Positions 1 through 9,022 of a stretch of DNA of 64,000 bases are shown here, in pieces; the stretch's first letter is position 1; each line of letters opens with the position of its first letter. A program made the translations under genes and the position numbers. The stretch comes from Reclinomonas americana ATCC 50394 (lineage: Eukaryota): positions 1,240,001 to 1,304,000 of the forward strand of contig PS015010.1 in the NCBI GenBank assembly GCA_048213135.1. The letters are read 5' to 3'. The notes under the pieces were generated by a model that saw only the letters and a program-made list of their open reading frames with translations, ran no database searches and was not told the origin of the DNA.

Positions 1-1156
1 GCAGCGGGTATACAAAAAGGATATGCCGTACACCCACCTGTGTTTTGTAAAGGAAACTCATCAGCAAAACAAAATAAACGACCGGTGCCAGGAGGAACAG
101 TTCATTACCGGCAAAACTGCGGAACGTATTTTTCTTAACCAGTACGTATACCGCCCAGGCAGAAAAAATCAATACAGGTATGGGCGTTTTGAATAACAAA
201 GTGACGAAGTAGTAATACCAGAAACTGCCGCCATTACTGGAATGTCCCATAATGGTGACATTGCCGAATGAACTGTTCACAAAACCGCCGCCCAGCTGGT
301 CATAAAACTTGGCCTGGTCGAGCCCGGTAATGAAAGCGCTGGAAAAAGGAACCGGTATCCGCGGTGGCAGCAATTGCTGTACGTTTTTGAACAGGTCGCT
401 CATAAAAATATATTCCCCAAGCGGCTTATTCATATCATAAAAAATAAAACCGGCGTTGATGATGGCCCAGTTGATCACACCCACCAGTAATACATCCCTG
501 AGCACCCGCGAAAAGCGAAGCCTGCGGCGGGTTACCAACGTGTGTATGATTATACAGGCAGGTACCAGGATGTACAGGTGAAACAGCGATTGTTTGGCCA
601 GTTGCGCCAATCCTAACATAATTGCCAGCCCAAGCAGGTCGGTGGTACGGTGGCTGTTGCAATATCGCCAGAGCATGTACATGACTGCCAGCAGGAAAAA
701 AACGGAATAGGTATCGGTGGTTACGAGTATGGCAGCGGCCAGGTTATTGGGACAAAAACAAAACAGGAAAGCAGAAAACAATCCTGCAACTCCACCATAC
801 AACTGCCTGCTCCATTGAAATACCAGTAAAATGATGAGTACGGAGAACAGTAGTGTTATGTACCTGCCGTTGATGGTATCGGCCCTGCCCCAGTCGCTGC
901 GGCTCAGTTGTCCGCCGGAAAAGAGTTGTTCAGCACCACGGGGTATGGCGTTGAGGGCGGATATGGGCATTTTGCTGTTGTCTTTCTCCGGCCCCGTTCG
1001 TTCAGGATTGCCTTTGATGATGCGGATGCCATAACTGAGGTGAGATCCCTCATCTGCCGTAATGGAAGTGATGTTGATGGAATAGATGCCATTCACCAGC
1101 CAGGCCAGTACCAGCAGCAAAAGAATAAGGTATTGCCTTTTGGGAGGTATGGTCAT
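1..1156 (-). CDS. Polytopic membrane glycosyltransferase, ArnT/PMT-like (GT-C fold); 3' end runs off the window
   Basis: Not in the ORF track because no stop lies inside the window. Manual translation from ATG at 1156 gives MTIPPKRQYLILLLLVLAWLVNGIYSINITSITADEGSHLSYG..., with a DE motif after TM1, 'PNNLAAAILVTTD', many TM segments and 'QVGVRHILFVYP' near the window edge. Confidence 0.7.
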   Translation of the reverse strand, partial: MTIPPKRQYLILLLLVLAWLVNGIYSINITSITADEGSHLSYGIRIIKGNPERTGPEKDNSKMPISALNAIPRGAEQLFSGGQLSRSDWGRADTINGRYITLLFSVLIILLVFQWSRQLYGGVAGLFSAFLFCFCPNNLAAAILVTTDTYSVFFLLAVMYMLWRYCNSHRTTDLLGLAIMLGLAQLAKQSLFHLYILVPACIIIHTLVTRRRLRFSRVLRDVLLVGVINWAIINAGFIFYDMNKPLGEYIFMSDLFKNVQQLLPPRIPVPFSSAFITGLDQAKFYDQLGGGFVNSSFGNVTIMGHSSNGGSFWYYYFVTLLFKTPIPVLIFSAWAVYVLVKKNTFRSFAGNELFLLAPVVYFVLLMSFLYKTQVGVRHILFVYPL

Positions 1157-1184
1157 AAGCCGTTAATCTATGAATGAACAGGGA

Positions 1185-2975
1185 TCAGTCGTCGAGCTTG
1201 AGTACGGCCAGGAAGGCTTCCTGTGGTACTTCTACGTTACCGATCTGGCGCATACGTTTCTTACCTTCTTTCTGTTTCTCCAGCAGTTTACGCTTACGGC
1301 TGATGTCACCACCATAACATTTGGCGGTAACGTCTTTACGCATGGCGCTGATGTTTTCCCTGGCGATCACTTTGGCGCCAATGGCAGCCTGTATGGCAAT
1401 CTGGAATTGCTGGCGGGTAAGGAGTTCTTTCAGCTTTTCACAAAGTTTACGGCCGAAGTCCTGCGCCCTGCCACGGTGGATCAGCGCGCTGAGGGCATCC
1501 ACTTTTTCACCGTTGAGGAGGATGTCCATTCTTACGATGTCGCTGGGGCGGTACTCTATGGGATGATAGTCGAAAGAAGCGTAGCCGCGGGTTTGCGATT
1601 TGAGTTTATCGTAAAAATCAAAAACGATCTCGGTCAGCGGCATCTCGAACGTGAGCTCTACCCTTGTTGTAGTCAGGTAGCCCTGGTGCGTGAGAATACC
1701 CCTTTTACCAATACACAGGTTCATGATATTGCCGATGTATTCCGGTTTGGTGATGATCTGTGCTTTAATGAAAGGCTCTTCTATCCTGTCGGTACGTGTG
1801 GGATCGGGTAATTCAGCGGGGTTGTTCACCATCACTTTTTCGCCTTTATTGGTATACGCGATGAAGCTAACGTTGGGTACGGTGGTGATCACGGTTTGAT
1901 TGAACTCCCTTTCCAGCCTTTCCTGGATGATCTCCATATGCAGCAGGCCCAGGAACCCGCAACGGAAACCGAAACCCAGCGCCTGCGATGTTTCCAGTTC
2001 AAAAGTGAGCGAGGCGTCGTTGAGCTGCAGTTTTTCCATACAGTCGCGGAGTTCTTCAAACTCATCGGTGTTTACCGGGAAAATACCGGCAAATACCATT
2101 GGTTTTACTTCCTCGAAACCGTCAATCCGTTTATCGGTAGGTTTTACTACTGTGGTCAGCGTATCCCCTACTTTTACTTCCTTGGCATTTTTAATACCGG
2201 TAATGATGTAGCCCACGTCGCCGCAATTCACCTGGTCCTTCTGCTCCATACCCAGTTTAAGGATGCCTACCTCATCTGCATCATATTCTTTATCGGTACT
2301 GAAGAATTTTACTTTATCGCCCTTTTTAATAGTGCCGTTGAAAATGCGGTAATACACAATGATACCGCGGAAGCTGTTGAATACGCTGTCGAAGATGAGG
2401 GCCTGCAGGGGTGCATCGGCATCACCCTGGGGGGGCGGAATGCGTTCCACGATGGCCTGGAGGATCTCTTCAATGCCGATGCCGCTTTTGCCGCTGGCCA
2501 GCAGTATCTCTTCTTCCTTACAGCCAATGAGGTCGATGATCTGGTCTTTTACTTCGGGGATCATGGCGCCGTCCATATCGATCTTGTTGATCACCGGGAT
2601 GATCTCCAGGTCATTTTCAAGGGCCAGGTACAGGTTACTGATGGTTTGGGCCTGTATACCCTGGGTAGCGTCTACCAGCAGTAAAGCGCCTTCGCAGGCG
2701 GCCAGCGCACGGCTTACTTCATAGCTGAAATCCACGTGGCCGGGGGTATCGATCAGGTTAAGAATGTATTGTTCGCCCTTGTAAGCATAGTTGATCTGTA
2801 TGGCGTGGCTCTTGATGGTAATGCCTTTTTCCCTTTCCAGGTCCATATCATCCAGTACCTGCGCCTGCATATCGCGTTCGCTGATGGTATTGGTCGTCTG
2901 TAACAATCGGTCAGCCAGGGTACTTTTTCCGTGGTCGATATGGGCAATAATGCAAAAATTTCTGATGTTCTTCAT
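1185..2975 (-). CDS. lepA: Translation elongation factor 4 (LepA)
   Basis: [31 protein letters not shown]-terminal [29 protein letters not shown]. Confidence 0.98.
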   Translation of the reverse strand: MKNIRNFCIIAHIDHGKSTLADRLLQTTNTISERDMQAQVLDDMDLEREKGITIKSHAIQINYAYKGEQYILNLIDTPGHVDFSYEVSRALAACEGALLLVDATQGIQAQTISNLYLALENDLEIIPVINKIDMDGAMIPEVKDQIIDLIGCKEEEILLASGKSGIGIEEILQAIVERIPPPQGDADAPLQALIFDSVFNSFRGIIVYYRIFNGTIKKGDKVKFFSTDKEYDADEVGILKLGMEQKDQVNCGDVGYIITGIKNAKEVKVGDTLTTVVKPTDKRIDGFEEVKPMVFAGIFPVNTDEFEELRDCMEKLQLNDASLTFELETSQALGFGFRCGFLGLLHMEIIQERLEREFNQTVITTVPNVSFIAYTNKGEKVMVNNPAELPDPTRTDRIEEPFIKAQIITKPEYIGNIMNLCIGKRGILTHQGYLTTTRVELTFEMPLTEIVFDFYDKLKSQTRGYASFDYHPIEYRPSDIVRMDILLNGEKVDALSALIHRGRAQDFGRKLCEKLKELLTRQQFQIAIQAAIGAKVIARENISAMRKDVTAKCYGGDISRKRKLLEKQKEGKKRMRQIGNVEVPQEAFLAVLKLDD

Positions 2976-3204
2976 GAAATGCTAAATCCTCAGTTTTGGG
3001 GCGAAATTACGTAAAATTGGGGAGTACTTGGTAATTAGTAGTTAGTCAATAGTATCAAGTCGCAAGTATCAGGTAGTAAGTATTAACAGAAAGAGTTTTT
3101 CTCTAAAAAACAGTGCACCGGCAATTGGGGGGATAGATGAGATAATATGTCTTCTGCGAAACCAGTTATAGAGATGAAAAGCCTATTCCCGGTACTATGT
3201 ATAA

Positions 3205-3236
3205 AATTCGTAATTCGTAATTAATAATTCGTAATT
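3205..3236. repeat. Short heptamer tandem repeat (AATTCGT-like) next to a stop codon
   Basis: aattcgt aattcgt aattaat aattcgt aatt, read directly. Confidence 0.7.
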
Positions 3237-3239
3237 GAC

Positions 3240-3929
3240 TTACCCTTTTACAAAATACTTCACGGCACTCAGGGTCTGCAGTTGTGTGCCGGTTTTCATA
3301 GCGCCGCCGTATTCTTTCAGATCGAAGGACGTGTACCAGGTAAAGCTGCTGTTGCCCAGGGTTTTTACCTTGCCCCTGATGAGTTTATCTTCGAAAGAAC
3401 CGTAATAAGTAATAGCTGTTGGGCCTACGGACTTCAGTTTGCCGCGGAAAGCTTCGTTATCAAAGGCGGTATACCAGGTAAAACTGTTCTGACCAATGGA
3501 TTTGATATTACCCTGGAAGGCCTTGTCTTCAAATGCCTGGTAATAATCAAATGTGAGCCCGCCGATGCTTTTCAGTTTACCCCTGAAGCTTTCATTGTCG
3601 TAAGAAGCGAAATAAGTGAGCTGGAAACGGCCGATGGATTTGATCTTTCCCCTGAAAGCGGCATCGTCATTAGGGCCATAGTACTCTACCCTGCCCATAT
3701 ACGGATCGAGGCTGTTGTCATAGTTCTCCATACCCCTGGCGGCATAGCGGTCGAATCCCCATTTCAGCATGCTGCCGTCCTTACCCAGGTAAATAACGGT
3801 GTTCTCATCCAGGCCAATGCTGATGTGCTCCAGCGAACCGCTGCGGTCGATGGTGATGCGGGCAATGGACTGGGCAAAACCTCCTGCGGCGAACGCCAGG
3901 GCCAGGAACAGGACAAATATCTTTTTCAT
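3240..3929 (-). CDS. Secreted hypothetical protein with 23-aa tandem repeats
   Basis: Signal peptide MKKIFVLFLALAFAAGGFAQ (ATG at 3929); five full and one partial repeat of [YW][YF]xxx[DE]xxxxxGxxKS[IV]G. Confidence 0.85.
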   Translation of the reverse strand: MKKIFVLFLALAFAAGGFAQSIARITIDRSGSLEHISIGLDENTVIYLGKDGSMLKWGFDRYAARGMENYDNSLDPYMGRVEYYGPNDDAAFRGKIKSIGRFQLTYFASYDNESFRGKLKSIGGLTFDYYQAFEDKAFQGNIKSIGQNSFTWYTAFDNEAFRGKLKSVGPTAITYYGSFEDKLIRGKVKTLGNSSFTWYTSFDLKEYGGAMKTGTQLQTLSAVKYFVKG

Positions 3930-4168
3930 GCTGTATGATTGGGTATTCAATACCTGAAATTACGCATAAAATCCAAACCAGCCAACGATTCCTGTATCCC
4001 GCCAAGCCACAATGAAGTGTAACGCTTATCCTGCTCCCTCCTGTTCACGGCCTTAACGGCTTTGCGGGATATTATAACAGCCCAATCGCCTTCCCCGCCA
4101 ATCTATCCACACCCCTGCATACTATGCGTTATATCCCTTATTTTCGTTCACCTTAACCTTAAACAAGT

Positions 4169-5773
4169 ATGAAGAAATCCAGCATTGTAGCAGTCCTCTG
4201 CCTGGCTGCAGTTACCGGTTTTACACAAACCAAGAAATTCACTTTTAAAGTCGGCTCCGAATTTGAGCTGCCCCGTAAATCAAATGACCTCTCCTTTATC
4301 GGTAATGATAAAGATGGCATCATCAACCTGAGCTACAAAAAGAAAGAACTCAGCATCGTTCGTTTTGATTCCAAATCGCTGAACCAGACCGCCGACCAGC
4401 AGGTAGAACTGGAAGAAGCCACCAAGAACTTCAACAGTGAAGTGCTGGTTGATTTCGGTACGGATTACTACTGGGTACACAGTGACTGGGACAAAGGAGA
4501 AGAAACGGAAAGCCTGTATTATGACAAGATCGATATTGCCAAAGGCCGTATTGCCGCCACCAACCAGAAAATGTTCCAGACCACCCGCATTGCAGGCGAC
4601 CTGGTAAGGACTGGTTATTTCTACTCCGCCAAGGTAGACAATAAATACCAGTTCAATTTTGACGCCGACCGTAAGAATTTGCTGGTAACTTATCGTCTTT
4701 ATCCTGAAGAAAAGAAAGACAAGAAGAATTACGATAACCTCGGGTTCCAGGTATTCGACGAAAAAATGAAGCTCCGCTGGGGTGGCGAATTCAGGATGCC
4801 TTATACAGAAGCCATCATGGATAACTCCGATTTTTCTGTTGACAGCGAGGGCAATGCTTACCTGCTGGCCAAAGTATATGATTCTGACTCCCGTAAAGAA
4901 AAGAACAAGGAAACCGGCGGACCGGCTTACCATTATGAGCTGATGAAATTCAGCAAAGGAAGCAAAACGCCTGTTATAGCCACCATCAGCCTCGACGATT
5001 TTTTCATCAAGGAATCAGTCCTCATCGAAAGCTCCACGCATGAAATGCTGGTAGCCTGTACGTACAGCAAAAAATCAAAAAGCAATGGTACCGATGGCGT
5101 ATTCCTGGCCACGCTTGACCCATCCGGCAAAGTGAAAAAATATAAAAACGGTTACTATGAATTCCCGCTGGAGGAGCTGCAAAAATTTGAGACCGCCCGC
5201 CAGAAAAGAAGGATGGAAAAGAAAGACGATTATGAAGCCCCAAATCTTAAAGTAAGGAATATTGTGGTTGACCCCGATGGCAGCGTTTTCATTGCCTGCG
5301 AGGAATACCGCGTGGAAAGCCAGACCTACACCACGTCAAACGGCAGTACGTATACTACTTATACTTATTACTACGAAGACATCCTGGGCTGCAGGATCAA
5401 CGCCGCCGGACAGTTCGACTGGATGCGCAAGATCCCAAAAAAACAAAGGGGCACCAGGGGAAGAGGAACCATGAGCTTTAAACTGGTAAGTGACGCCTCA
5501 GGATATTACCTGCTGTACCTCGACAATATCAAGAACATTGACCTGCAGGAAGATGAAACGCCCAAATACCACGTGGATGGTTATGGCGGACAGGTGGTGG
5601 TTGCCTCCATCAGCCCCAAAGGTGAGGTGAGCAAGGAGATCGTATTCAATACCCGTGATGAAGATATCATGATCTTCCCGTCGGCATTCCGCCGCATCAA
5701 TGGCAACCAGTTCATTGGCCGGGCTTCGGTGAAACGTGGCGGATTTAAACCGCTTTTGATTACTTACCAGTAA
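4169..5773 (+). CDS. Secreted hypothetical protein (beta-rich)
   Basis: 534-aa ORF with signal peptide MKKSSIVAVLCLAAVTGFTQ; no catalytic motif recognised. Confidence 0.8.
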   Translation: MKKSSIVAVLCLAAVTGFTQTKKFTFKVGSEFELPRKSNDLSFIGNDKDGIINLSYKKKELSIVRFDSKSLNQTADQQVELEEATKNFNSEVLVDFGTDYYWVHSDWDKGEETESLYYDKIDIAKGRIAATNQKMFQTTRIAGDLVRTGYFYSAKVDNKYQFNFDADRKNLLVTYRLYPEEKKDKKNYDNLGFQVFDEKMKLRWGGEFRMPYTEAIMDNSDFSVDSEGNAYLLAKVYDSDSRKEKNKETGGPAYHYELMKFSKGSKTPVIATISLDDFFIKESVLIESSTHEMLVACTYSKKSKSNGTDGVFLATLDPSGKVKKYKNGYYEFPLEELQKFETARQKRRMEKKDDYEAPNLKVRNIVVDPDGSVFIACEEYRVESQTYTTSNGSTYTTYTYYYEDILGCRINAAGQFDWMRKIPKKQRGTRGRGTMSFKLVSDASGYYLLYLDNIKNIDLQEDETPKYHVDGYGGQVVVASISPKGEVSKEIVFNTRDEDIMIFPSAFRRINGNQFIGRASVKRGGFKPLLITYQ

Positions 5774-5791
5774 AACGTACAGGTTATTATT

Positions 5792-6715
5792 GTGGGTCAA
5801 CCCGCTTTTTACATATCAACAACTGTAGCGCACCGCATTCCTGTTTATGCCTGGCTTCCGGAGACGGAACCGGCGGCGGTATTGCTCATCGCTCATGGCA
5901 TGGCAGAGTATGCGGAGCGCTACAGTCCTGTTGCTGAATTACTGGTTAACGGCGGCGGATTGGCTGTATATGCACACGACCAGCGCGGGCACGGGAATAC
6001 CGTTGACCGGCAGGAAGACCAGGGTATCGTGGACAAAGAATGGTTTGAGCACGCGGTAAAAGATATCCTGGATGTGGTGGAAGCCCTCCGCGAAAAACAT
6101 CCCGGTAAAAAAATATTCCTCCTGGGGCACAGCATGGGTTCATTTGTAGCCCAGCGGTACTTCCAGCTATTTGGCAACAAGATAGACGGCCTTATTTTAT
6201 CCGCCACCAATGGCAAGCGGGACCCTTTACTTGGTGCGGGCATCGCCCTTTCCTGGTTGCAGATGAAGTTGCTGGGGAAGAACCACCACAGCCGGTTGCT
6301 CAGTTCCCTTACTTTCGGCCAGTTCAACAAGGCATTCCGCCCTAACCGTACAGACTTCGACTGGCTGAGCAGGGACGAGCAGCAGGTAGATGCTTATGTA
6401 AACGATCCGCAGTGTGGCTTTACCGTGAGTTCCACTTTTTTTCATTATTTCTTCAGGGGAATCGCCAGTATACTGGAACCCTATAATATCAACAGTATTC
6501 CGGATGATGTACCGGTGTATGCTTTCGCGGGAGACAAAGATCCTGTGGGGTTACAGGGAAAAGGATTTGCGGAACTGGTAAGGAAGTGGACGGCAGCAGG
6601 AAATGCCCGTGTATCACACAGGCTGTATAAAGATGGCAGGCATGAAATGCTGAACGAGATCAACCGGGATGAGGTGACCGGCGACCTGCTGACCTGGATC
6701 AGGCAGCATTGCTGA
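5792..6715 (+). CDS. Alpha/beta hydrolase, lysophospholipase/monoacylglycerol lipase-like
   Basis: HGMAEY, DQRGHG, GHSMG nucleophile elbow, GDKDPV, RHEMLNE. Confidence 0.9.
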   Translation: MGQPAFYISTTVAHRIPVYAWLPETEPAAVLLIAHGMAEYAERYSPVAELLVNGGGLAVYAHDQRGHGNTVDRQEDQGIVDKEWFEHAVKDILDVVEALREKHPGKKIFLLGHSMGSFVAQRYFQLFGNKIDGLILSATNGKRDPLLGAGIALSWLQMKLLGKNHHSRLLSSLTFGQFNKAFRPNRTDFDWLSRDEQQVDAYVNDPQCGFTVSSTFFHYFFRGIASILEPYNINSIPDDVPVYAFAGDKDPVGLQGKGFAELVRKWTAAGNARVSHRLYKDGRHEMLNEINRDEVTGDLLTWIRQHC

Positions 6716-6738
6716 TGCTATACAATCGGATGATGGCA

Positions 6739-6942
6739 TCAGGCGGGTAATACGGGTCCGTAATGCAATTGTTTATCAACCCTGGTCTTACCCGGGAACA
6801 GGATATCATCTGCAGTTTCGTAACCTTCATCCGCAATACGGTTCAGTCTTTTCTTCGTTTTGCTTTTGCTGTACACTTTCAACAGCACCCCGGCGGCGGT
6901 AACTACCGCAAGACCGGCGAGAATTTTAGAGATCACTTTCAT
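6739..6942 (-). CDS. Small membrane-anchored hypothetical protein
   Basis: 67 aa: N-terminal hydrophobic helix, basic patch, 'ADEGYETADDILFP'; fills an otherwise empty gap with an AT-rich upstream region. Confidence 0.65.
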   Translation of the reverse strand: MKVISKILAGLAVVTAAGVLLKVYSKSKTKKRLNRIADEGYETADDILFPGKTRVDKQLHYGPVLPA

Positions 6943-7307
6943 ACACTTTACTTTTTATTTTTTCAGAATTGCTTTTCCAGGGCAAAAATTGCGCCATTCT
7001 TATAAGTATTAACTACCCTTTTGTGGGTATATTATACAGATGCATAAAAAAATAATATTCCATAAACACCTGTTGCGGATAAGAAGAAAATGTTTCCCCT
7101 GATTCCTGCTTTTAAGACACTTGCCGCAGAAGGAAAGTTGCACGTGTATTGCGCTTTATTGTGATAATTTTTTGTTAAGCGCTTCCAATCCAACCGGCAC
7201 ACTACCCTGCCCATGAAGACGATTGAAGGGCCCGGTTATTTTATTCCGTATTTTTAAAGTCCCGGTCAGCCAGCCGGGATTCATCATGAAAAACAAAACC
7301 ATACACC

Positions 7308-8489
7308 ATGACTAATTTCAACAGGAGAAACTTCATCCGCCTATCCGGACTTTCCCTGATGCCCGTACTGCCTTCCCTGCCAGCGTTTGCAGGAAACCAG
7401 GTATCAGAACAATCCGATCCGCCGGCAGAACGCCTTTTCTTTATCAACGACGGACCGATGTACCGCCCGGCAGATTTCATCAGTAAACTCGACAGCATCC
7501 AGAAAAGTAAACCCATTCAGCGGGACTTCTACGCTTCAGGCGGCGTGGTGGACGAACTCACCAAAAAATTCGCTGCCATCACCGGTAAAGAAGCCGCCAT
7601 TTTTATGCCGTCGGGCACCATGGCCAACCAGCTGGCCATTGCTGTGCTCAGCGGCGACAATACCAAAGTATTTGTGCAGGATACCAGTCATGTTTACCGC
7701 GACGAGGCCGACGCTGCTCAATCAGTACACAACAAAAGGCTGATACCCCTCGCTAAAGAACAGGCTTATTTTACGCAGGAAGACCTGGCTTCGGCTATCG
7801 CTTATCAAAATGACGCGGAGGTATTCAAAAGTGGTATCGGGGCGGTTTCTATTGAGAATCCCGTACGCCGTTCCGACGGACGTATGGTACCCCTGGAAGA
7901 GATCAAAAAAATATCGGCCTGGTGCCGAAAGGAAGGATACAAACTCCACCTCGACGGCGCCCGCCTGCATATGGCTTCCGCCTGGTCGGGTACGTCCATA
8001 GCGGAATATGCCGGTTATTTCGATACCGTATACATTTCTTTGTACAAATACCTGGGTGCCGGAGGTGGCGCTATCCTTTGCGGCGATAAAAATGTGATTG
8101 GAAAGATGGAACACCTGGTAAAAGTGCACGGCGGTACAGTATTCTCCAACTGGACCAACGCGGCTATGGCGCTGTATCACCTGGAAGGACTGGATGAACG
8201 CCTGCAGAAAACCATCGCCAAAGCCAATGAACTCATCAGTATGCTCAACAAGTTGCCTGAGCTGAAAATATCGGCCCTGGAGAACGGCACCAATATTTAC
8301 CATCTCCAGTTGTCAGCGAAAGTAAACAGTGATAAATTAAGCAATACGCTTCGCGATGAACATAATATCATTCTTGCCAGGACCGATAAAAGCGGGCTGG
8401 CCAGGTTCATGATCAATGATTCGCTGCTGAGCCGCGAGAACACCGTCATCGTTGAATCCTTTAAAAAATCCTTAGCTACTGCTGTATGA
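7308..8489 (+). CDS. PLP-dependent low-specificity L-threonine aldolase-family protein with Tat-like signal
   Basis: NRRNFI twin-arginine leader ending AFA; MPSGTMAN, HLDGARL, probable PLP lysine in SLYKYLG. Confidence 0.85.
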   Translation: MTNFNRRNFIRLSGLSLMPVLPSLPAFAGNQVSEQSDPPAERLFFINDGPMYRPADFISKLDSIQKSKPIQRDFYASGGVVDELTKKFAAITGKEAAIFMPSGTMANQLAIAVLSGDNTKVFVQDTSHVYRDEADAAQSVHNKRLIPLAKEQAYFTQEDLASAIAYQNDAEVFKSGIGAVSIENPVRRSDGRMVPLEEIKKISAWCRKEGYKLHLDGARLHMASAWSGTSIAEYAGYFDTVYISLYKYLGAGGGAILCGDKNVIGKMEHLVKVHGGTVFSNWTNAAMALYHLEGLDERLQKTIAKANELISMLNKLPELKISALENGTNIYHLQLSAKVNSDKLSNTLRDEHNIILARTDKSGLARFMINDSLLSRENTVIVESFKKSLATAV

Positions 8490-8998
8490 CCTTTGTTGCA
8501 ACCACCGAACGGCTTGCCCTGCGGCGGCTGACCCCGGAAGATGCTCCTTTTATTCTTGAACTGGTGAACACACCTACCTGGCTGCAGTTTATCGGCGATC
8601 GTAATGTTCACAGCCTCGATGATGCCAGGCAATACATCCTGAACGGGCCTGTGGAAGCCTATAAAAAGAACGGCACCGGGCTTTACCATGTGAGCCTGAA
8701 AGAGGACGGAGCACCTGTTGGCATGTGCGGATTATTGAAACGGGATATACTCGACGACCTGGACATTGGTTTTGCGCTTTTACCAGCCTATGAAGGCAAG
8801 GGTTACGCTTACGAGGCGGCGCAGGCCACGCTGGCACACGGACGGGAAGACATCGGGCTGAAGCGTATTGTGGCTTTCACAACAGCGGAAAATGAAAGAT
8901 CGGTAGCACTGATCAGCAAACTGGGAATGCGTTTTGAAAGAAATTTCCGGTTCCCGGGCGAGGAAAATGAATTGTTATTGTTTGGGGTGGATTTTTAA
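8486..8998 (+). CDS. GNAT family N-acetyltransferase (RimJ/RimL-like)
   Basis: TERLALRR, GKGYAYEAA, NERSVALISKLGM; ATGA overlap with the upstream gene. Confidence 0.9.
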   Translation: MTFVATTERLALRRLTPEDAPFILELVNTPTWLQFIGDRNVHSLDDARQYILNGPVEAYKKNGTGLYHVSLKEDGAPVGMCGLLKRDILDDLDIGFALLPAYEGKGYAYEAAQATLAHGREDIGLKRIVAFTTAENERSVALISKLGMRFERNFRFPGEENELLLFGVDF

Positions 8999-9022
8999 GA
9001 TCCGGTACCCGGCATCTGGTAT

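Noticed and set aside
6943..7307. 365-bp divergent spacer as a possible riboswitch or sRNA
   Set aside because: Only one small hairpin (~7260-7279) and no recognisable aptamer motif.
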